Shown here: one piece after another, positions 59,810-64,000 of the stretch
Layout of the letters: every line of letters starts with the position of its first letter
Numbering within the stretch: position 1 is the first letter of the stretch
Origin: Bacteroidota bacterium
GTDB lineage: Bacteria; Bacteroidota; Bacteroidia; UBA7662
Length of the DNA stretch: 64,000 nt
Assembly: GCA_036787895.1 (NCBI GenBank)
Contig: DAIQOK010000008.1
Span: 1,679-65,678, forward strand
Direction of reading: 5' to 3'
The notes under the pieces: generated by a model
Seen by the model: only the letters and a program-made list of their open reading frames with translations
What the model was told of the DNA's origin: nothing
The model's database searches: none
Translations under genes and position numbers: made by a program

Positions 59810-60667
59810 ATGTTTACGTTAGCCCACCAGCGGTTTTGGAAACATTGCCTTTTATGCGCATTATTTCTACTTGCAGCGGTAACTCAGCTTCAGGCAGCAA
59901 AGGTGAAGGGCAGTTTGTTTATCGTGGGCGGTGCGCTCGATACTAGTCTGGCTTTGCGCATGGCCGAGTTGGCGAATGCCCGTACCGGTGGTTATATCGT
60001 TGTTTTGCCTCTGGCCAGCGAAAAGGCAGATTCAGCTGCTTTGAATGCTGTGAAGTTATTCGAATCGCAGGATGTTAGGGCGGTTACCAGTATGTTTGTG
60101 GGGCAGACAGACACAGCAAGCCAGCAGCAGCTGGATAGTATTTTGGGTGCACGTTTAATTTATATGACCGGTGGCGACCAAACCAGGTTGATGCAATTAA
60201 TTAACCAGCTCAACATTAAAGCAACGCTTATTTCAGCTTATCAGCAGGGTGCCATGATAGCAGGAAGCAGTGCTGGTGCAGCTGTAATGAGTAAGTGGAT
60301 GATTACAGGCAATCAGTTGAAAACGGCGGACTATGAACCTACTTTTTCGCGGTTGCAGGCAGGGAATCTGGAACTGGCCGAAGGCCTGGGTTTAATTGAG
60401 AAGGCGGTTATAGATCAGCATTTCATAAAAAGAAGCCGATATAATCGACTAATCAGTGCAGTGCTCGAAAACAAAGGTGTAAAAGGTGTCGGCATAGATG
60501 AAAAGACTGCCATTTATGTCAAAGACGGTCGGGCTGAGGTGTATGGTTCCTCTCAGGTAGTGGTTATCACCAGCCGGAAAGCCCGCCCGCCTCAAGCGGG
60601 TTTACTTTCTTCGACCAATGTACGTCTGACTATTTTATGGGCAGGGGATAGGTTTACGCTGCGGTGA
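59810..60667 (+). CDS. cphB: Cyanophycinase (peptidase S51)
   Basis: S51 motifs IYMTGGDQTRL and GSSAGAAVMS (active Ser). Signal peptide. Confidence 0.8.
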   Translation: MFTLAHQRFWKHCLLCALFLLAAVTQLQAAKVKGSLFIVGGALDTSLALRMAELANARTGGYIVVLPLASEKADSAALNAVKLFESQDVRAVTSMFVGQTDTASQQQLDSILGARLIYMTGGDQTRLMQLINQLNIKATLISAYQQGAMIAGSSAGAAVMSKWMITGNQLKTADYEPTFSRLQAGNLELAEGLGLIEKAVIDQHFIKRSRYNRLISAVLENKGVKGVGIDEKTAIYVKDGRAEVYGSSQVVVITSRKARPPQAGLLSSTNVRLTILWAGDRFTLR

Positions 60668-60684
60668 GTTCATTCAAAGCTCTA

Positions 60685-61257
60685 CTACTTTAATCTGTAA
60701 ATCAAACAGGCGCTTGCAGCGGGAAGCACCGGAAACTCCAAGAACCCGAATTCGAATAGGCTGGGAGGAGTTTTCCGAATTTGATTATGCTGAACTTCAA
60801 ATGCTGCGCCTAAGTCTAACTCAACACCAAATCGTTTGCTAAAATTGATTTCTCTTCCAATTTTCGGACTGAGGTAAGTGTATTCATTGATATACTTATT
60901 GTTTTCGGTCCTAAATACACTCAAGGCCAATCTACAGTACCAGGCATTACGTTCGGTGAACTGTGATTTTTCCGCGAAATAATAACGGATATCACCACTT
61001 AAACTGGTCATTGGAAAGTCTTCAGCACTCCATCTTAGCATACCATAACTTACCCCAAATTGAACCTGTTCAAAAGGAAAGTTTACGCCGATACATACAA
61101 GCTCAGGTAGGCCAAAACCTATGGATAAACTTGGCCTGACTTGTGCATGAGCTTTTTGAGTTTGAAGAAGTAGAATCAACGAAAAAATACAACCGAAGAC
61201 GCTTATCTTTTTTTGCAGTTGACTAAATGAATGGAAAGGGATAGGTTTAAACGTCAA
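60685..61257 (-). CDS. Small outer-membrane beta-barrel-like protein, paralog A
   Basis: Shares PxLxIGxGxPE, DLRYY, RxPWY and LxPxIGREfNxxxRxGxELDxG with the 62206..62736 ORF. Confidence 0.5.
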   Translation of the reverse strand: MTFKPIPFHSFSQLQKKISVFGCIFSLILLLQTQKAHAQVRPSLSIGFGLPELVCIGVNFPFEQVQFGVSYGMLRWSAEDFPMTSLSGDIRYYFAEKSQFTERNAWYCRLALSVFRTENNKYINEYTYLSPKIGREINFSKRFGVELDLGAAFEVQHNQIRKTPPSLFEFGFLEFPVLPAASACLIYRLK

Positions 61258-61279
61258 TAGCGTATCTGTTTGATTTGAG

Positions 61280-61708
61280 TTAGCTTAGAATGCCTTTCAT
61301 TACAGCAACGGCCTCAAGAGGTGTAAAAACAGCTAAAGTACTTGTTTTAAAATCTTTGGTTTCTCTGGTAACGATGCCATCGAGTTGTAAAATGCCCAAA
61401 GCACTATGGTATTGTATGGCATCTTCGAAGTCTTTAAAATCTGATTTGAGTGCGTTTCGTATGATTTGCTGGTCAACAGCAATTCCTGTCGTCCAATCCT
61501 GTAGCTCAGCTAAAACCGCTAAGGTTGCGCGATGTGAATTGGTTTGTTTGAGTATGTAGTAAATGTTGTTATAAGATACAGCTGAGACATATATGGTCAG
61601 TTCGTTTTTTAGGCTATAATTAAAAAGTTTGGCCGCATCTCTGGCAAAAGGTCTTCGATCAGCCAAAAAATCGATGAGCACATTCGTATCAAGGAAGAAG
61701 TGCTTCAC
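61280..61708 (-). CDS. vapC: PIN-domain ribonuclease toxin (VapC-like)
   Basis: FFLDTNVLIDFL N-terminal acidic PIN motif. 142 aa. 4-nt overlap with the upstream antitoxin. Confidence 0.8.
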   Translation of the reverse strand: MKHFFLDTNVLIDFLADRRPFARDAAKLFNYSLKNELTIYVSAVSYNNIYYILKQTNSHRATLAVLAELQDWTTGIAVDQQIIRNALKSDFKDFEDAIQYHSALGILQLDGIVTRETKDFKTSTLAVFTPLEAVAVMKGILS

Positions 61709-61953
61709 GATTTGAATTTTTTCATAAGTCCTTCCGTGAGCGCTTGATCGTACTCATAATCTACCGCTAACTGCACACTTCCCATCAGTTTTAAAATTCT
61801 CGGAGAGATGGCATCCTCTTCAATTTCATCACTAGAAAGTGTCATCAGATAATTCTCCACGAGCGCAGACAAACTTTCTCCCTTGTGCTTAGCATACTTT
61901 TTTGCTGAAGTAATTACTTCATCATCAATAGTTAACGTAAGTTTGGCGGTCAT
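61705..61953 (-). CDS. vapB: Putative antitoxin of the VapC module
   Basis: 82-aa ORF translationally coupled upstream of the PIN gene. TLTIDDEVITSAKKYAK. Confidence 0.55.
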   Translation of the reverse strand: MTAKLTLTIDDEVITSAKKYAKHKGESLSALVENYLMTLSSDEIEEDAISPRILKLMGSVQLAVDYEYDQALTEGLMKKFKS

Positions 61954-62205
61954 GACACGTGTGTTTTAATGGTAAATATACGTGTAAATTTTAAATTTGT
62001 TCTTGAATAGCCAGTGTCATCCTGATATTTTCTTATTCGCCATGAATGACTGCAAATCAAACGTCCACCCTTTGTAGTACTGGAAACTTGATCCATGTCT
62101 GATATAAAATTTTGTCAGTTGGTGGTAGATGTGATCCGCGTTAATCAAGACTAAGTCAATGATTTGATGGCTGCTAACAGTTTGCTTACGTTCCGATTTT
62201 TCGTT

Positions 62206-62736
62206 TTACAGCCTGAAAAACAAGCTGGTGCTTATGCCCGTAAATACTGGTAAATCAATAGTATAGTCATTCAACAATGGGCCTTGCGGCATTTTTCTGG
62301 TTCGGACATGTTTTAATAAAATGCTAACTCCCCAATCCAATTCGAGTCCAAGTCTGGGTGTTAAGTTAAATTCTCGCCCAATCCTCGGATTCAGAAAGAT
62401 AAAGTCTCTTCGATATTCTGTGGATTCAGATCTGTTGAACGAAAGTCCGAGTTTGCCATACCAAGGTTGGCGTTCAACATAACGGGCTTTGCCACCACAG
62501 TAATAGCGTAAATCAGCCGAAATACTTATCGGTTGAGGTTTGTCTGCGTTTGAATATACACCTAAAGCTCTGCCACAAGAAAGCCCGATTTGAATTTTTT
62601 CAAATGGTAATCTTACACTTAGGTGGGTGAACTCCGGAAAGCCAACACCAATTGCCAATATAGGTGGCTTTTGCGTATAAGCTCTCAGTGGTAAAATCAG
62701 AAAACCCCAGAATGAAAGCAACAAAATTTTCAGCAT
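62206..62736 (-). CDS. Small outer-membrane beta-barrel-like protein, paralog B
   Basis: Signal peptide. Shared motifs with the 60685..61257 ORF. Confidence 0.5.
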   Translation of the reverse strand: MLKILLLSFWGFLILPLRAYTQKPPILAIGVGFPEFTHLSVRLPFEKIQIGLSCGRALGVYSNADKPQPISISADLRYYCGGKARYVERQPWYGKLGLSFNRSESTEYRRDFIFLNPRIGREFNLTPRLGLELDWGVSILLKHVRTRKMPQGPLLNDYTIDLPVFTGISTSLFFRL

Positions 62737-62752
62737 TATACTAATCAGATTT

Positions 62753-64000
62753 CTAGCGCAAATCGGCCTCCTTATCTAAATACTCCTGCACTATGCCAAT
62801 GGCATTGGTCACCACATCACTCAAGGCAGTAATAAAAGTTCCCGGCTCAGCAATGGAGATGGCATGTTTAATGGCTTCAATCTCCTTAGGAATAATTTCA
62901 TAGGTCATCTTTTTATCAACCTGTTTGATACCGCTAACAATCAGATTAATCAATTCCTGTTCTGTCCGTCCGCGTAAGTGTTTTTCCTGGCGGATAATGA
63001 TGTGATCAAACATGCGGGCAGCAATTTTGCCACATTCGGTAATGTCTTCATCTCTCCGGTCGCCAACGCCTGATATGATACCCACTTTTTTCGGTGAATC
63101 TACATTACTCAAAAAGTCCTCAATGGCCAGATAGCCTGCCGGATTGTGAGCGAAGTCGATCATTACTTTAAATTCCTTGAAGTCGAAAATATTCATCCGG
63201 CCGGGCGTAAGTGCCGGTGACGGAATGAAGGTCTCAAGCGACAATCGGATGGCTTCGGTGCGGAAGCCTTGCAAATAACCGGCTAGGGTGGCAGCAAGTA
63301 CATTTTCGATCATAAACCGGGCTTTGCCGGCCATGGTGAGCGGGATGGTGGTCACTTTTTCAATTCGGATTTTCCAATCGCCTTTTTTGATGGTGATAAA
63401 GCCATTTTCGTATACCGCCGCTATGCCATTCTTTTTAGTGTGGGCTTTGAGTACGGGATGATTTTCATCTAATCCGAAATAAGCAATGTTACATTGTAAC
63501 TCTTCACCAATTTTTACGCACCACGGATCTTCGGCATTGAGCACTGCCCAGCCATCACGTTTGATGCTGCGAACCACAACCGATTTTACCCGGGCGAGGT
63601 CTTCGAGCGTCTCAATGTCGTTCAGCCCCAAATGATCTTCTCGGATATTGGTGATTATACCGATATCGCATCGACTGAAGCCCAAGCCGGAGCGGAGAAT
63701 GCCACCTCGGGCAGTTTCGAGAACGGCAAACTCTACGGTAGGGTCTTTAAGTATAAATTCAGCACTTATTGGTCCGGTAGTATCTCCTTTTTCGAGCATG
63801 TGGTTTTGCACATAAATGCCGTCGGAAGTGGTGAAACCAACACGATAGCCAACATTTTTGACCATATGAGCCAGCAAACGCGTGGTGGTGGTTTTTCCAT
63901 TGGTACCGGTTACAGCAATAATCGGTATTCGACTGGCCTTGCCGGGTGGGTAAAGCATGTCGATTACCGGCGCGGCCACATTGCGTGGCAGACCTTCAGC
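62753..64000 (-). CDS. cphA: Cyanophycin synthetase, C-terminal Mur-ligase-like half (gene continues past the window end)
   Basis: P-loop AVTGTNGKTTTTRL, Mur ligase middle and C domains. The N-terminal ATP-grasp half is expected beyond nt 64000. Confidence 0.8.
   Translation of the reverse strand, partial: AEGLPRNVAAPVIDMLYPPGKASRIPIIAVTGTNGKTTTTRLLAHMVKNVGYRVGFTTSDGIYVQNHMLEKGDTTGPISAEFILKDPTVEFAVLETARGGILRSGLGFSRCDIGIITNIREDHLGLNDIETLEDLARVKSVVVRSIKRDGWAVLNAEDPWCVKIGEELQCNIAYFGLDENHPVLKAHTKKNGIAAVYENGFITIKKGDWKIRIEKVTTIPLTMAGKARFMIENVLAATLAGYLQGFRTEAIRLSLETFIPSPALTPGRMNIFDFKEFKVMIDFAHNPAGYLAIEDFLSNVDSPKKVGIISGVGDRRDEDITECGKIAARMFDHIIIRQEKHLRGRTEQELINLIVSGIKQVDKKMTYEIIPKEIEAIKHAISIAEPGTFITALSDVVTNAIGIVQEYLDKEADLR

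Noticed and set aside
61290-61559. 89-aa plus-strand ORF antisense to vapC
   Set aside because: No support. The PIN gene on the minus strand is clear.
1-64000. Mobile elements (IS, integrase, phage) and defence systems (RM, CRISPR-Cas, Abi) across the window
   Set aside because: I found no transposase, integrase, recombinase, Cas, methyltransferase/endonuclease pair or phage structural genes when reading the ORFs. The only toxin-like element is the vapBC pair.

Overview
This 64 kb window looks like a chromosomal segment of a Bacteroidota genome, perhaps Saprospiria or Chitinophagia. The clues are several T9SS C-terminal sorting domains, PorQ/PorT-like outer-membrane proteins, TAnnTTTG-like -7 promoter boxes and tightly overlapping operons. 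I see no rRNA, tRNA, CRISPR array, transposase or integrase. Gene density is high, with about 58 CDS. Housekeeping genes: serC-serA-DUF1015 operon, tyrS, hutU, tatC-rpiB-M28 peptidase-lutB-like-fused E1 operon, rpmE2, engB, ubiE, dcd, dnaG, yidD, metB/C-like, mnmE. Accessory content: two separate alpha-glucan loci (glgB+GH57 and GT4+GH57); a 4-gene N-glycan-core degradation operon (GH20, glycosylasparaginase, CutC, GH2); cyanophycinase and cyanophycin synthetase separated by a vapBC module flanked by two paralogous beta-barrel genes; a 1878-aa repeat-rich T9SS cargo protein; a CTD-only mini-ORF; a decayed LTD-CTD pseudogene; a Kazal-domain lipoprotein two genes away from a MORN-repeat S1 protease; and several AT-rich patches (orphan histidine kinase, PAS-HisKA sensor, a 3-gene secreted-protein/OMP/protease operon) that contrast with the ~50% GC housekeeping genes. 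All calls come from reading the translated ORFs by eye; no database search was run.
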